A DNA stretch of 64,000 bases, from assembly GCA_964474825.1 (NCBI GenBank), contig CAYYWQ010000001.1, forward strand, positions 549,609 through 613,608, written 5' to 3'. The DNA is from an uncultured Candidatus Saccharibacteria bacterium (GTDB taxonomy: Bacteria; Patescibacteriota; Doudnabacteria; UBA920). Under the pieces are notes generated by a model. The model was given only the letters and a program-made list of their open reading frames with translations. It searched no databases and was not told the DNA's origin. The position numbers were made by a program, and so were the translations under genes. Shown one piece after another: positions 1 through 9,096 of this stretch (positions are counted from its first letter, which is position 1; each line of letters opens with the position of its first letter).

Positions 1-1
1 T

Positions 2-934
2 ACAGACCCAATTAACGGAGACCCGAACATTTTAGTAATGTGCGAAGTGCTAAATGCTGACGGCACCCCGCATGTTACCAACACCCGTCATATTTTGGCC
101 AAGGTCGCGGACCAGTATCGTGAACACGACCCTTTGTTTGGCATTGAGCAGGAATACACGTTGTACCGTAAGGAATGGCCATTAGGCTGGCCTAAGGACG
201 GCTTTCCGCATCCACAAGGACGCTACTACTGCGGTGTTGGTCACGACGAAGTTCACGGCAGGCCACTTATAGAAGAACATTTACAAGCTTGCTTAGACGC
301 AGGCATTGGCATTTCCGGAATTAACGCGGAAGTTATGCCCGCTCAGTGGGAATTTCAAATTGGCACACTGGGACCCCTGCAAGTTTCCGACCAAGTATGG
401 TTGGCCCGCTGGCTGCTTTACCGCTTAGGCGAAGAGCATGAAGTTTATGCCAAGCTGGACCCAAAGCCCATGCCTGGAGACTGGAACGGCGCGGGTGGCC
501 ATACCAACTTTTCCACAAAGTCTATGCGTGAAGAAGGCGGCATGGAAGTTATTAAAAGAGCTTGCGAAAAACTGGGGCAATTCCACAAACAACACATTCA
601 GGTTTACGGCGCGGGTAATGACGAAAGATTAACCGGCAAACACGAAACCTGCAGCATCTACCAGTTCCGTTATGGAATAAGTGATAGAGGTGCTTCTATT
701 AGAATCCCTATGGCAACGGCTAACGCAGGCAAAGGCTACCTAGAAGACCGCCGCCCGGCCGCAAACTTAGACCCTTACCAAATTTGCACGGCCTTAATTG
801 AAACTACCTGCGGCGAAGGCTTTAACCCCGACAAATACGGCTGGAAAAACTTTGAGCTCGACGACCGCAAAAAAATTGAAGTCAAAACCGAAATGGTAGT
901 CCAGGCTCCAACCGCCCCGCTGCCGAGAATGTAA
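2..934 (+). CDS. glnII: Glutamine synthetase type II (GSII); 5'-truncated by the window edge
   Basis: Translation from base 2 reads ...DPNILVMCEV... then GIEQEYTL, YYCGVGHDEV, NAEVMPAQWEFQIG, PKPMPGDWNGAGGHTNFST and ASIRIP, all eukaryote-like GSII signatures. The frame is open to the window start. Confidence 0.9.
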   Translation, partial: TDPINGDPNILVMCEVLNADGTPHVTNTRHILAKVADQYREHDPLFGIEQEYTLYRKEWPLGWPKDGFPHPQGRYYCGVGHDEVHGRPLIEEHLQACLDAGIGISGINAEVMPAQWEFQIGTLGPLQVSDQVWLARWLLYRLGEEHEVYAKLDPKPMPGDWNGAGGHTNFSTKSMREEGGMEVIKRACEKLGQFHKQHIQVYGAGNDERLTGKHETCSIYQFRYGISDRGASIRIPMATANAGKGYLEDRRPAANLDPYQICTALIETTCGEGFNPDKYGWKNFELDDRKKIEVKTEMVVQAPTAPLPRM

Positions 935-952
935 TCAAGTAACGCTAAAAAA

Positions 953-981
953 TAAAGGCCCACGCAAGTGGGCCTTTAAAA
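953..981. terminator. Bidirectional intrinsic terminator between convergent glnII and proA
   Basis: Hairpin aaaggcccacgcaagtgggccttt, flanked by an A-run on one side and a T-run on the other. Confidence 0.6.
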
Positions 982-2232
982 TTATTTTCGTATTTGTCCG
1001 TTCCCCTCAACTATCCACTTGTAAGAAGTTAATGCCTCAAGTCCCATAGGCCCTCTGGCGTGGAGTTTTTGGGTGGAGATGCCGACTTCGGCGCCCATAC
1101 CGAATTCTCCACCGTCCGTAAAACGGGTGGAGGCGTTATGGTAAACCGCGGCTGCGTCTACTTCTTTAAGGAAAACTGTTGCGTGATGTTTATCATTCGT
1201 TAAGATCGATTCTGAATGTCCCGATGTGTGACCTTTAACAAATTCCAAACCTTCAGCAAAATTCTTAACTGTTTTTATGGACATTTTTAGGGACAAAAAT
1301 TCTTTGCCAAAATGTTCCGGCGCAGCTTTATGCAAGAGATTGGCTGGATAAATATTTTTAAGTTGGTCATAAGATTTAATATCCGCAAAAACTTCCACCC
1401 CGTATTCCGCCAAAGGAGCGGCTAAGGCAGGCAAAAGTTTTTTTAACATTTGCTGATTAATCACGAGCGTATCTAACGTATTACAAACCGCGGGAGCCTG
1501 GATTTTACTGGTTACAATTGTTTCTACTGACTTTTTAACGTCATAAACATCTACAAAAGTATGGCAAACGCCAGCGCCAGTTTCTATTACCGGCAAATGC
1601 GAATTTTGCCTAACCCATTCTATAAGCCCCTGGCTGCCGCGCGGAATTAAAACATCTACCAAGCCGTGGGCAGAAAGTAAGTCTTTCTTCCAGTCAGACT
1701 TTGGGTCTATTAAAAATACGGCGGCAGATGGTAATTTATGCTTATTTAAAACGCTGTGAATAAGCGACACAAAAACTTTATTCGTCTCAAACGCTTCCTT
1801 GCCGCCTTTAAGCACAATGGCGTTTCCGGTTTTAAGCGCTAGCACTGCTAAGTCCACAGTAACATTGGGACGGGACTCATAAATAACACCCACAACACCC
1901 AAAGGCACAGAAACTTTTTTTATGCTTAAACCGTTAGGCCGCTTTTTAGTTTCTAAAACCTCATTTAATGGGTCTGGCAATTTTACAACTTCGTTAATAG
2001 ATTTTATAATCCCGGCAATTTTTTTGGCGTTTAACACAAGTCTTTCTTTAACTGAAGCATCCCCCACAAAAGCTTTTAAATCTTTTTGGTTGGCAACTAA
2101 AATTTGACGCTGATTATTTTTTATTGCCAATGCAATATTGCGCAGTAGGCTATTACGATCCGCTGACGACAAAACCGCCAATTTAGAACCGGATTGTTTG
2201 GTTAATTTAAGTTGGGTTAACAAATTAGGCAT
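982..2232 (-). CDS. proA: Gamma-glutamyl phosphate reductase
   Basis: 416 aa with aldehyde-dehydrogenase-like motifs typical of ProA (…GISTQKLHARGPMGLEALTSYKWIV…). Lies in the proB-proC-proA operon. Confidence 0.9.
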   Translation of the reverse strand: MPNLLTQLKLTKQSGSKLAVLSSADRNSLLRNIALAIKNNQRQILVANQKDLKAFVGDASVKERLVLNAKKIAGIIKSINEVVKLPDPLNEVLETKKRPNGLSIKKVSVPLGVVGVIYESRPNVTVDLAVLALKTGNAIVLKGGKEAFETNKVFVSLIHSVLNKHKLPSAAVFLIDPKSDWKKDLLSAHGLVDVLIPRGSQGLIEWVRQNSHLPVIETGAGVCHTFVDVYDVKKSVETIVTSKIQAPAVCNTLDTLVINQQMLKKLLPALAAPLAEYGVEVFADIKSYDQLKNIYPANLLHKAAPEHFGKEFLSLKMSIKTVKNFAEGLEFVKGHTSGHSESILTNDKHHATVFLKEVDAAAVYHNASTRFTDGGEFGMGAEVGISTQKLHARGPMGLEALTSYKWIVEGNGQIRK

Positions 2233-2989
2233 TGCTTAACTCCCCGGCTCTTTTATGAGCTGCTAAAACTGCTTGATTTATAATTGCGGATAAATTCTTT
2301 TTTTGAAAAACCTTAAGCGCCGCGTCTGTGGTTCCTTTTTTTGAGCGTATTTTGCTTATCAGATCTTTATAATCTCCGGACTCTTGGAGCTTAGCGGCAG
2401 CGGACATGGTTTTTTGCACTAACATTTTGGCTTGGCTAGCGCTTAACCCAAGTTTTATACCTGCTGATAATAAAGAATCTGCTAAAAAGAAAAAATAAGC
2501 CGGGCCGCTGCCGGAAATAGCAGTAACCGCATCAATTAGTTTTTCATCACTAACTTCAAAATTCTCTGTAATTGCGTTAAGCAAAGGTTTTACGGATTTT
2601 TTATCCTGTGCCGACAAATTGCTTTTCCAAGCCGCAATCCCCTCGCCTACTGCCAAACCTAAATTGGGCATCATTCGAACAATTTTTTTGTGTCCAAACA
2701 AATTTGTAAGCTTGCTAATTCTAACACCTGCCGCAATGGATATAATAACAGTTTGTGGGCCAATTTTGGCCTTGATTTCATTGGTAAGCTGCACAATATC
2801 CTGCGGCTTAACTGCAACAATTACAATATCAGCCTTCTCTAAAGTTTTAAAATCAGGATCAAAAACCACGCCTGATACAGCGGTCTTTTTTTTATCTGTC
2901 GCAACTATCTTTGTTTTAAATTTTTTGGCAACTAAGGCTTTGGCTATAGCCTGCCCCATATTGCCAAAACCTAAAATATTTACCTGCAT
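2225..2989 (-). CDS. proC: Pyrroline-5-carboxylate reductase
   Basis: N-terminal Rossmann fold MQVNILGFGNMGQAIAKAL and a ProC-like C-terminal dimerisation domain. Overlaps the proA start by 8 nt. Confidence 0.85.
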   Translation of the reverse strand: MQVNILGFGNMGQAIAKALVAKKFKTKIVATDKKKTAVSGVVFDPDFKTLEKADIVIVAVKPQDIVQLTNEIKAKIGPQTVIISIAAGVRISKLTNLFGHKKIVRMMPNLGLAVGEGIAAWKSNLSAQDKKSVKPLLNAITENFEVSDEKLIDAVTAISGSGPAYFFFLADSLLSAGIKLGLSASQAKMLVQKTMSAAAKLQESGDYKDLISKIRSKKGTTDAALKVFQKKNLSAIINQAVLAAHKRAGELSNA

Positions 2990-3021
2990 TATTTTACTAT
3001 TTACTAATAACTAAAGACTAA

Positions 3022-4101
3022 CTACTCTTTAAGCACCATCATATAATCACAATGTATAACTTCTTTTTCCAAAGCGCGCCCTTTTCCCAGGGCTTGTTTT
3101 ATGGACATGGCGCCTTGAATGTCTTTTTGACTGTAATTGCTTTTACCGTAAGCCACGGCCAGGCCGGTTTTACCAATAACTTCTACAATTTCGCCTTTGT
3201 CAAACATGCCGCGGGAAGAAATAATACCTGGAAACAAAAGGCTTTTATTACTCCTCAAAGCTTTAGCCGCGCCGTCGTCTATTACAAGCTGGCCAAAACC
3301 TTTAGAAGCCAATAACCAGCGTTTTTGCTCGCTCATGTCCTTAGGAACTGCAGCCGCGAACCTTGTCCCCGGGTGATCTTTTGTCAGGGCTTTCAATATA
3401 ATATCTTTTTCTCGTCCGTCTACAATTAAAGTTTCCACTCCGCCGTGAACCGCGTGTTTGGCCGCGCGGATCTTGCTTAGCATGCCTCCCCGTCCGCCGC
3501 TGGACTTGGTACCGCTGCACATTCTTTCCAGCTCAAAATCAACATTTTTTACTTCCTTTATAAGTTCAGCATTTTTGTCCACACTAGGGTCTGCGGTAAA
3601 AAACCCTTTCTGGCTGGTTAAAATTAAAAGCTTGTCTGCCCCTGTTGCAACGGCTACCATTGCGGCCAACTGGTCGTTGTCGCCTGTTACTAAATCCGCC
3701 TTAGAAATTACGTCGTTGCCGTTTATAACCGGCAAAACTCCGGCCTTAAGCATGCTATTTAAAACCGCAACTAAATTAGTATAACGCTCACGGTCCGTAA
3801 GCTCACTGCGCAAAATTAACAACTGCCCCACATCCGCCCCAAATTCGCCCGCGTATTTTCCATAAAACTGCATTAAATACGGCTGGCCTACCGCGGCCCA
3901 AATTTGCTTGTCTTCTACAGAGTCCAGCTTAGGCAATTTTTCCCGGCCAAAGCCAACCGCGCCGCTGCTAACCAAAATTATTTCATGGCCGGCTTTACGC
4001 AATTCAAAAATTTCCGCGATTAAATTTTTAATCACGGAAGGCTGGATGACATTAGTGTCGTTACTCAAAACATTTGTGGCAACTTTTACAACAATTCTCA
4101 T
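3022..4101 (-). CDS. proB: Glutamate 5-kinase with C-terminal PUA domain
   Basis: MRIVVKVATNVLS… amino-acid kinase fold with a PUA-like C-terminus, first gene of the proBCA operon. Confidence 0.9.
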   Translation of the reverse strand: MRIVVKVATNVLSNDTNVIQPSVIKNLIAEIFELRKAGHEIILVSSGAVGFGREKLPKLDSVEDKQIWAAVGQPYLMQFYGKYAGEFGADVGQLLILRSELTDRERYTNLVAVLNSMLKAGVLPVINGNDVISKADLVTGDNDQLAAMVAVATGADKLLILTSQKGFFTADPSVDKNAELIKEVKNVDFELERMCSGTKSSGGRGGMLSKIRAAKHAVHGGVETLIVDGREKDIILKALTKDHPGTRFAAAVPKDMSEQKRWLLASKGFGQLVIDDGAAKALRSNKSLLFPGIISSRGMFDKGEIVEVIGKTGLAVAYGKSNYSQKDIQGAMSIKQALGKGRALEKEVIHCDYMMVLKE

Positions 4102-4166
4102 AAATCAAAATCTAAAACTTGTAATCCCTCGTGACCACGATCTATTAATGTCCGATAAATTTAGAG

Positions 4167-4535
4167 TTAGGCGCGGCCATAATCATCACTCAAGCGTTCA
4201 ATGTCCTGCTCATCGTAGTGTCCGGTTTGTGACTCTATAAAAATTAATTCTGTTTTGCCTTTATTTATTACGCGGTGCTTGTCGCCAATTTTAATGTCTA
4301 CAAAACTGCCCACGCTTACGGGAATTTCTTTGTCATTTAATACAACGACGCCCTCACCTTGAACAACAAACCAGTGTTCATTGCGTTGCTTGTGGGTTTG
4401 GTAAGACAATTTTTGTCCCGGATTAACCGTAATTTTTTTAACGCAAACGTCTAAAAAACCGGGCTCATTTACCGGAAATTGGCTTAAAATTTCATATTCG
4501 CCCCATGGGCGCTGCTCTTTATAATGCTCACTCAT
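4167..4535 (-). CDS. Cupin-domain protein (mannose-6-P isomerase type II / GMP C-terminal cupin-like)
   Basis: WGEYEIL…HKQRNEHWFVVQGEG…GDKHRV is a cupin_2 pattern. The ORF track starts at a TTG at 4589; the first ATG with an AAAGG SD is at 4535. Confidence 0.7.
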   Translation of the reverse strand: MSEHYKEQRPWGEYEILSQFPVNEPGFLDVCVKKITVNPGQKLSYQTHKQRNEHWFVVQGEGVVVLNDKEIPVSVGSFVDIKIGDKHRVINKGKTELIFIESQTGHYDEQDIERLSDDYGRA

Positions 4536-4667
4536 AATGCCTTTATTATAACAAAAACCGGCGAAAAAATTAAGAGCCTTGCCAAGCAATGGTTATTAAC
4601 CCTGCTCATGCGGTTTACTTTAATTGCCCCAGCATTTAAACTACTGTAACTTGCCCAAGGAGGCAAA

Positions 4668-5030
4668 ATGAAGACATCGCATTTGATTCTTACCCTTCAC
4701 TACGTGTGCCTGCTCACGGTTGTGAGTACCTGCTCATCGACATACTGGATTGCAAAAGCCGACCCAATTTTCTACCGCCGGGGAATGTTCCCGGTTTTGA
4801 TGCTAATTGCCGCACTAACCCTGCTGTCCTGGCCGGTCTTTGGCGGTTGCCCTCTAACCAAGTGGGAAAACAAGCACATAGCGGCAGAGGGCGGCGTACC
4901 TTACAAAGGATCGTGCATGGTCTACCGGCTAAATTCGTGGACTGGGCGGCAAGTTAACCCGCTATTCATCCACGTCCTGCTGGTGACGGACATGATTGTC
5001 ATACCGGTGACGGTATTTTTCTTAGAGTGA
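4668..5030 (+). CDS. Small membrane protein, DUF2784-like (GCPLT motif)
   Basis: AAGGAGG SD before the ATG, three predicted TM segments and a GGCPLTKWEN motif. Confidence 0.55.
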   Translation: MKTSHLILTLHYVCLLTVVSTCSSTYWIAKADPIFYRRGMFPVLMLIAALTLLSWPVFGGCPLTKWENKHIAAEGGVPYKGSCMVYRLNSWTGRQVNPLFIHVLLVTDMIVIPVTVFFLE

Positions 5031-5058
5031 CCCGTAGTTTAGGGTCACTCTTTTTGTA
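5025..5058 (+). terminator. Intrinsic terminator
   Basis: Perfect 10-bp stem agagtgaccc/gggtcactct followed by TTTTT. The stop codon lies within the stem. Confidence 0.75.
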
Positions 5059-5082
5059 TGCCAGGTAAAATAATTTTTATAT

Positions 5083-5964
5083 TTAAGATTTCTTATTTCC
5101 CCCGGTAAGCAACCCAACACCGAAACCAATGGGGACTAACGCTAGCAGTTGCCAAATTTGCGGCTGTTCTTTTAGTATCCAGTAGGAAAAAATTAAAGTA
5201 AACAATGGGGCCACGCTGGCTAAGGCATTGGCCTTAGTAACGGAAATACGGTGGATGCCTTCCATCCAGAAAATTTTAGAAAGGCCCAAAAGCAAAATTC
5301 CGTTTATGGCTAAAAACCAAAAAGATTTTACAAAACCGTTAAAATCCGCACCAGCTTTTAAAATTGCGGCTAAAATAAAAAATACAGGTATGGCTACGAG
5401 GCTGCGTAAAAATAAAATGGTTTCGCTGCTAACAAATTTACGCAGTTTCTGCTGGTAGTAATTTCCCACAGGGGGGCAGGCCACTGCCAACAAAATTAGA
5501 ATATCTCCCCTGTTAAAGTTTAACCCGTGTTTAGGGAACAAAATTATCAAGGCTCCAACCAACATTAAAGCCGCGCCCAAAGTGTGGCCTACGGAAAAAT
5601 ACTCCTTCTTCCAAATATTGAAAAACAAATAGCTAAAAAACAGTTCCATTAAAGCAATAATAGAAGCGTTGCCGGCCGTGGTATATTGCAAGCCGGTAAA
5701 AAAGAAACCATAAAAAAGTATGGTAATAAAAAAAGCTATAACCGGAATATATAGCCAAACTTTGGGATGAAAAATTTCCTTGGTCTTTTTTCTAAAAATA
5801 ATAATTGCGCCAAAAAATAGAACCGCAAAAATACTACTATAAGCCAAAGACAAAATTGGGGGTAAGGACTGGTAAGATAAAATTGTAATAATTGGGAAAA
5901 AAGCCCAAATAACTGCCTCCCCAAAAATTGCCAACTCCCCTTTTCTACTTTCGCTAATTTTCAT
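5083..5964 (-). CDS. EamA/DMT-family transporter (10 TM)
   Basis: 293 aa, highly hydrophobic, with two-fold internal symmetry typical of drug/metabolite exporters. Confidence 0.6.
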   Translation of the reverse strand: MKISESRKGELAIFGEAVIWAFFPIITILSYQSLPPILSLAYSSIFAVLFFGAIIIFRKKTKEIFHPKVWLYIPVIAFFITILFYGFFFTGLQYTTAGNASIIALMELFFSYLFFNIWKKEYFSVGHTLGAALMLVGALIILFPKHGLNFNRGDILILLAVACPPVGNYYQQKLRKFVSSETILFLRSLVAIPVFFILAAILKAGADFNGFVKSFWFLAINGILLLGLSKIFWMEGIHRISVTKANALASVAPLFTLIFSYWILKEQPQIWQLLALVPIGFGVGLLTGGNKKS

Positions 5965-5975
5965 TTATAAAGTAT

Positions 5976-6004
5976 AACAAAAAACCGCCCGCTGGGCGAT
6001 TTTC
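5976..6004 (-). terminator. Intrinsic terminator of the 6006..6218 gene
   Basis: On the minus strand, CGCCCAGCGGGCG hairpin followed by U6, immediately after the stop codon. Confidence 0.65.
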
Positions 6005-6005
6005 T

Positions 6006-6218
6006 CTACTTAAAACTTTTTAATTTGTCCGCCAAATCATCTAATATTCTTTTTCGTATCTCCTCCCCAATCATTTGGCAATGCTCGCAAACCTTTAAGT
6101 GGTTAGTTATTTGCAAATCCCCCTCCACAGCATCATTTGTCGCAAAATAAGCCTTTAGCATTTCAGCAGATGGATGTTCTTTATATTCTTCATTAAGCTC
6201 TGTTCCTGTTTCAGACAT
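6006..6218 (-). CDS. Small zinc-finger protein with HxxxCxxC (ZAS-like anti-sigma) motif
   Basis: 70 aa starting from the internal Met MSETGTELNEEYKEH…HLKVCEHCQ…. The longer track ORF 6006..6356 reads through the tRNA gene (GSNPT artefact), so the start was moved to 6218. Confidence 0.4.
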   Translation of the reverse strand: MSETGTELNEEYKEHPSAEMLKAYFATNDAVEGDLQITNHLKVCEHCQMIGEEIRKRILDDLADKLKSFK

Positions 6219-6232
6219 TTCTCTAATTTTTC

Positions 6233-6307
6233 TGGCTGGGGCGGTAGGATTCGAACCTACGAATGGGGGCTTCAAAGGCCCCTGCCTTACCGCTTGGCGA
6301 CGCCCCA
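6233..6307 (-). tRNA. tRNA-Gln (anticodon UUG)
   Basis: The reverse complement folds as a cloverleaf: acceptor TGGGGCG/CGCCCCA, anticodon stem GGGGC/GCCCC with loop CTTTGAA (anticodon TTG), T-arm GTAGG-TTCGAAT-CCTAC, and an encoded CCA. Confidence 0.85.
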
Positions 6308-6527
6308 AAGCGATATTATCTCTGCTTATTCTACCAAAAAGCCTGATTTTTATCAATCCTTAAAAATATCTTAAAATCGCCGTTACCCCGGTTCTTTGAT
6401 ATAATGGTTGCAATGGTCATCTTGGTGCATGACTCAAAACTTTAAGAATTAGAGCAAGCTATTCATATAACACAGAAGAATTAAGACATAAAATTTTGCA
6501 GCAACTGCTTTAGAAAATTTTAAACTT

Positions 6528-7337
6528 ATGGAAAATAATAGCACACATTTTGTGTTTGATGGAAAAAATATCGTAATATCTCCAGACCTACATCTGATTA
6601 TCATTTTTTTACAAGAAATTGAAAAAGAAATTGAAAGCTTTTTGGGCTTTGACAAACAATTAGAATCTATAAGAAAGCAATACCTTGAAACAATAAATTT
6701 TGTACAATTCCTTGCTGATAAACTTAAAGAAAATTCTATTAATTTTAATTATACACTTTCAGAATCGCCAGAAAAAATTGGAGAAAAACTAAAGATTGAC
6801 AGACCAATCCGCTCAGAGATGATTGTTTTATTTGCCTACTTGGAAGTATTATTTCGTTTTAACTGTGCTTATGAAAACAAAACGTTTGATGATAATGAAA
6901 TTAGAAAATTGGCAATGAATCAGGATATAACGAAAACATTTATAAAAAATTTTTGTTTAAATCCTAAAAATGAATGGGGGAAAAATAACCCAGATAGACT
7001 TAAACACATCACTGTAGATAATTTAAGAAGGCTTAGAAACTCTCTGACACATTTTTTTTCAGTAAATAGCGGGCTATCTGTGGTTCATTCTCAAGCCGAC
7101 GAAAAGGCAAGAAAATTAGAGGAGGCGACGCATTTTAAAGCAGTATTTATTTCACCAGAAGATTTATATGGAATTATAAAAGGAGTAGCTAAATTAATGA
7201 TTGAAGAATGGAGTGATGATTGTAAAAAGTGCATTGTCGAAAACTCGGATGATTTTAAAGAAAAAATTTTGTGTATAAAAAATTTAGTTAATAACACTGG
7301 TTCCATAGTAATAAAGAATGGGGAAATTAATATATAA
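6528..7337 (+). CDS. Hypothetical protein with RNxxxH (HEPN-like) motif; possible Abi-like nuclease
   Basis: 269 aa on an AT-rich islet. NLRRLRNSLTHFF matches the HEPN Rx4-6H (RNxxxH) signature. No other recognisable domain. Confidence 0.35.
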   Translation: MENNSTHFVFDGKNIVISPDLHLIIIFLQEIEKEIESFLGFDKQLESIRKQYLETINFVQFLADKLKENSINFNYTLSESPEKIGEKLKIDRPIRSEMIVLFAYLEVLFRFNCAYENKTFDDNEIRKLAMNQDITKTFIKNFCLNPKNEWGKNNPDRLKHITVDNLRRLRNSLTHFFSVNSGLSVVHSQADEKARKLEEATHFKAVFISPEDLYGIIKGVAKLMIEEWSDDCKKCIVENSDDFKEKILCIKNLVNNTGSIVIKNGEINI

Positions 7338-7348
7338 GAATATCTATT

Positions 7349-7996
7349 ATGAAAATAAAAAAAATACTATTTCCGTTCTTAAAATATAACTCATTCTTGA
7401 AAGATAAATGGTGGCACAGGCTTTTTGTAGTTTTTTATAACATTACGGTTGTGGCCTTTTTAATTGTAGCATTTTTTGTTGCCTATTCTAGCATAAGTGA
7501 AACTCCTTTTAACACAAAGATAATAAACAACTTACGAGATTTTTCCAAAAACTCTGATAAGTCAATGGCTAATACCGTGCCGTCATTCTTAAAGCAGGGA
7601 CAAAAGATAGGTTGTTTCGAAGATGGAAAATATAATTATGTATCAACTTATTCATTACAACATGAAACTTTTTGTAGCTCAGACTTATCAAGCCACCTTG
7701 ATGAAGCGGCTCAAGTAATTATGGGGGACGACTCGCTTACATTTGAAAGACGCAAAGAGGCTCTTTCGGAGGCATTGACTAATGACAAGGAAAAAAGATA
7801 CTGTTTTATTAGAAAACAAGGCGTCGATTGTTTATCCAATAATATTATTTCTTACAACAAAAACATTATATTTTATTTACAAGTTATTGCTTCTTCCTTT
7901 TTGACAGCTTATTTATTTTCATTGTTTTTACAACTTTTATATTTTAAAGGTCTAATTTATATAATTTACGGGAAAAAACCGCAGTTGGACAATTAG
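7349..7996 (+). CDS. Hypothetical membrane protein (TM segments near both termini)
   Basis: 215 aa, starts 12 nt after the preceding gene in the same AT-rich islet. Hydrophobic segments at residues ~22-46 and ~170-200. Confidence 0.5.
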   Translation: MKIKKILFPFLKYNSFLKDKWWHRLFVVFYNITVVAFLIVAFFVAYSSISETPFNTKIINNLRDFSKNSDKSMANTVPSFLKQGQKIGCFEDGKYNYVSTYSLQHETFCSSDLSSHLDEAAQVIMGDDSLTFERRKEALSEALTNDKEKRYCFIRKQGVDCLSNNIISYNKNIIFYLQVIASSFLTAYLFSLFLQLLYFKGLIYIIYGKKPQLDN

Positions 7997-8066
7997 GCCA
8001 TTTGGACGATTTTTGTTACAAAATTTTCCCACAAGGACAGCCAAAAAATATTTATTTGCAATTACA

Positions 8067-8095
8067 AAAGACCAGCCAAGTGGCTGGTCTTTTTA
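8067..8095. terminator. Bidirectional terminator between convergent genes
   Basis: agaccagcc-aagt-ggctggtct hairpin flanked by A- and T-runs. Confidence 0.7.
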
Positions 8096-8100
8096 AATAT

Positions 8101-8649
8101 TTAATTAAATTGGTACATTCTTTCTGAAACTTGCTTTAGTCTTTTGCGGGCGCGGTATTGCAGGACTCTTACGGCTAAGGTGTTTTTATTTAAGACTTTG
8201 GCTACTTCGCCTACGGAAAGTTGTTTAAAGAACCTAAGCTCAAGCACTTTCCTGTAACGCGCGGAAAGATATTTAAAACAGGAGCGGGCGGTTTCCAGGT
8301 CTGACTCTGTTTGCATGGTCTTTTGCAAAGACTTGTTGTCAGGCAAGTCAAACCCTTCGTCTATGCTTATTACGTCCGGCCGGCTGTATTTTTTGCGGAG
8401 CTGGTCGTTAATGGCGTTGTTGGCAATAGTGTAAAGCCAGCCGCTAAAATTTATTTCCCCGGGGCGTAAATACGGCAGGGCTTTATAGCTCTTAATAAAA
8501 ACTTCCTGCAACACGTCTTCCGCGTCCTGGTAATTTTGGATTTTTTTTCTAATATGGAAAAAAATCCTTTTGGCGAAAGAGTTGTACAGTTCTTCAAAGG
8601 CAGCCAAGTCGCCGTTTTTTGCTAAAAGCGCAAGTTGGTTAGTTTCCAT
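8101..8649 (-). CDS. ECF-type RNA polymerase sigma factor (sigma-70 regions 2 and 4)
   Basis: 182 aa with a region-2 segment (…EDVLQEVFIKSYKALPY…, SGWLYTIANNAI) and a region-4 HTH (LSVGEVAKVLNKNTLAVRVLQYRARKRL). Confidence 0.85.
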   Translation of the reverse strand: METNQLALLAKNGDLAAFEELYNSFAKRIFFHIRKKIQNYQDAEDVLQEVFIKSYKALPYLRPGEINFSGWLYTIANNAINDQLRKKYSRPDVISIDEGFDLPDNKSLQKTMQTESDLETARSCFKYLSARYRKVLELRFFKQLSVGEVAKVLNKNTLAVRVLQYRARKRLKQVSERMYQFN

Positions 8650-8685
8650 AATTGTTATGTTAATTATATTTATTTCTAATATTGC

Positions 8686-9096
8686 TTAAGCGGCCATTTG
8701 CCGCAGTTTGGACGGCTTTAATTTTTCCCTGACTTCCAAAACCACTTGTTCAAAATTCCAATCCTCATGAAGATAAAAATCCCTTAAGGGCTCTTCTTTG
8801 GAGTCTTTGGGGTCAGGAAGCCCGGAACCAAGCCAGCTGCTTAAAAACATAACCGGCACGGTTTGGCCCCATTTGTTTTCCCGGAGCCTCTTAATTAAAG
8901 TTAAGCCGTCGGAGTTGGGCATTACCAGGTCCACGACCAATAAATCCGGATGCCACCGCAGGGCTAAATTTAAGGCGTTCGCACCATCCGCCGCGGTTAA
9001 GACGTTTAAGCCTTCTCTCCTAAAAATTTCCGCCCAGGCTTTGAGCAAAGATTTTTCGTCTTCTACCACTAAAACAGTTGGTGTATGTTGCTGCAT
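8686..9096 (-). CDS. Stand-alone response-regulator receiver (CheY-like)
   Basis: VLVVEDE…DLLVVDLVMP…LTLIKRL is a REC domain only. Confidence 0.8.
   Translation of the reverse strand: MQQHTPTVLVVEDEKSLLKAWAEIFRREGLNVLTAADGANALNLALRWHPDLLVVDLVMPNSDGLTLIKRLRENKWGQTVPVMFLSSWLGSGLPDPKDSKEEPLRDFYLHEDWNFEQVVLEVREKLKPSKLRQMAA

Noticed and set aside
333-632. Antisense and alternative-frame ORFs inside glnII (333..518-, 438..632+), and similar small ORFs inside other confidently assigned genes
   Set aside because: They lie entirely within strongly supported CDSs on the other strand or frame. They are typical shadow ORFs.
6219-6356. N-terminal extension of track ORF 6006..6356 (…GPLKPPFVGSNPTAP…)
   Set aside because: This part is simply the translation of the tRNA-Gln gene on the same strand (the GSNPT peptide from the T-arm). 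The protein was trimmed to start at the internal Met at 6218.
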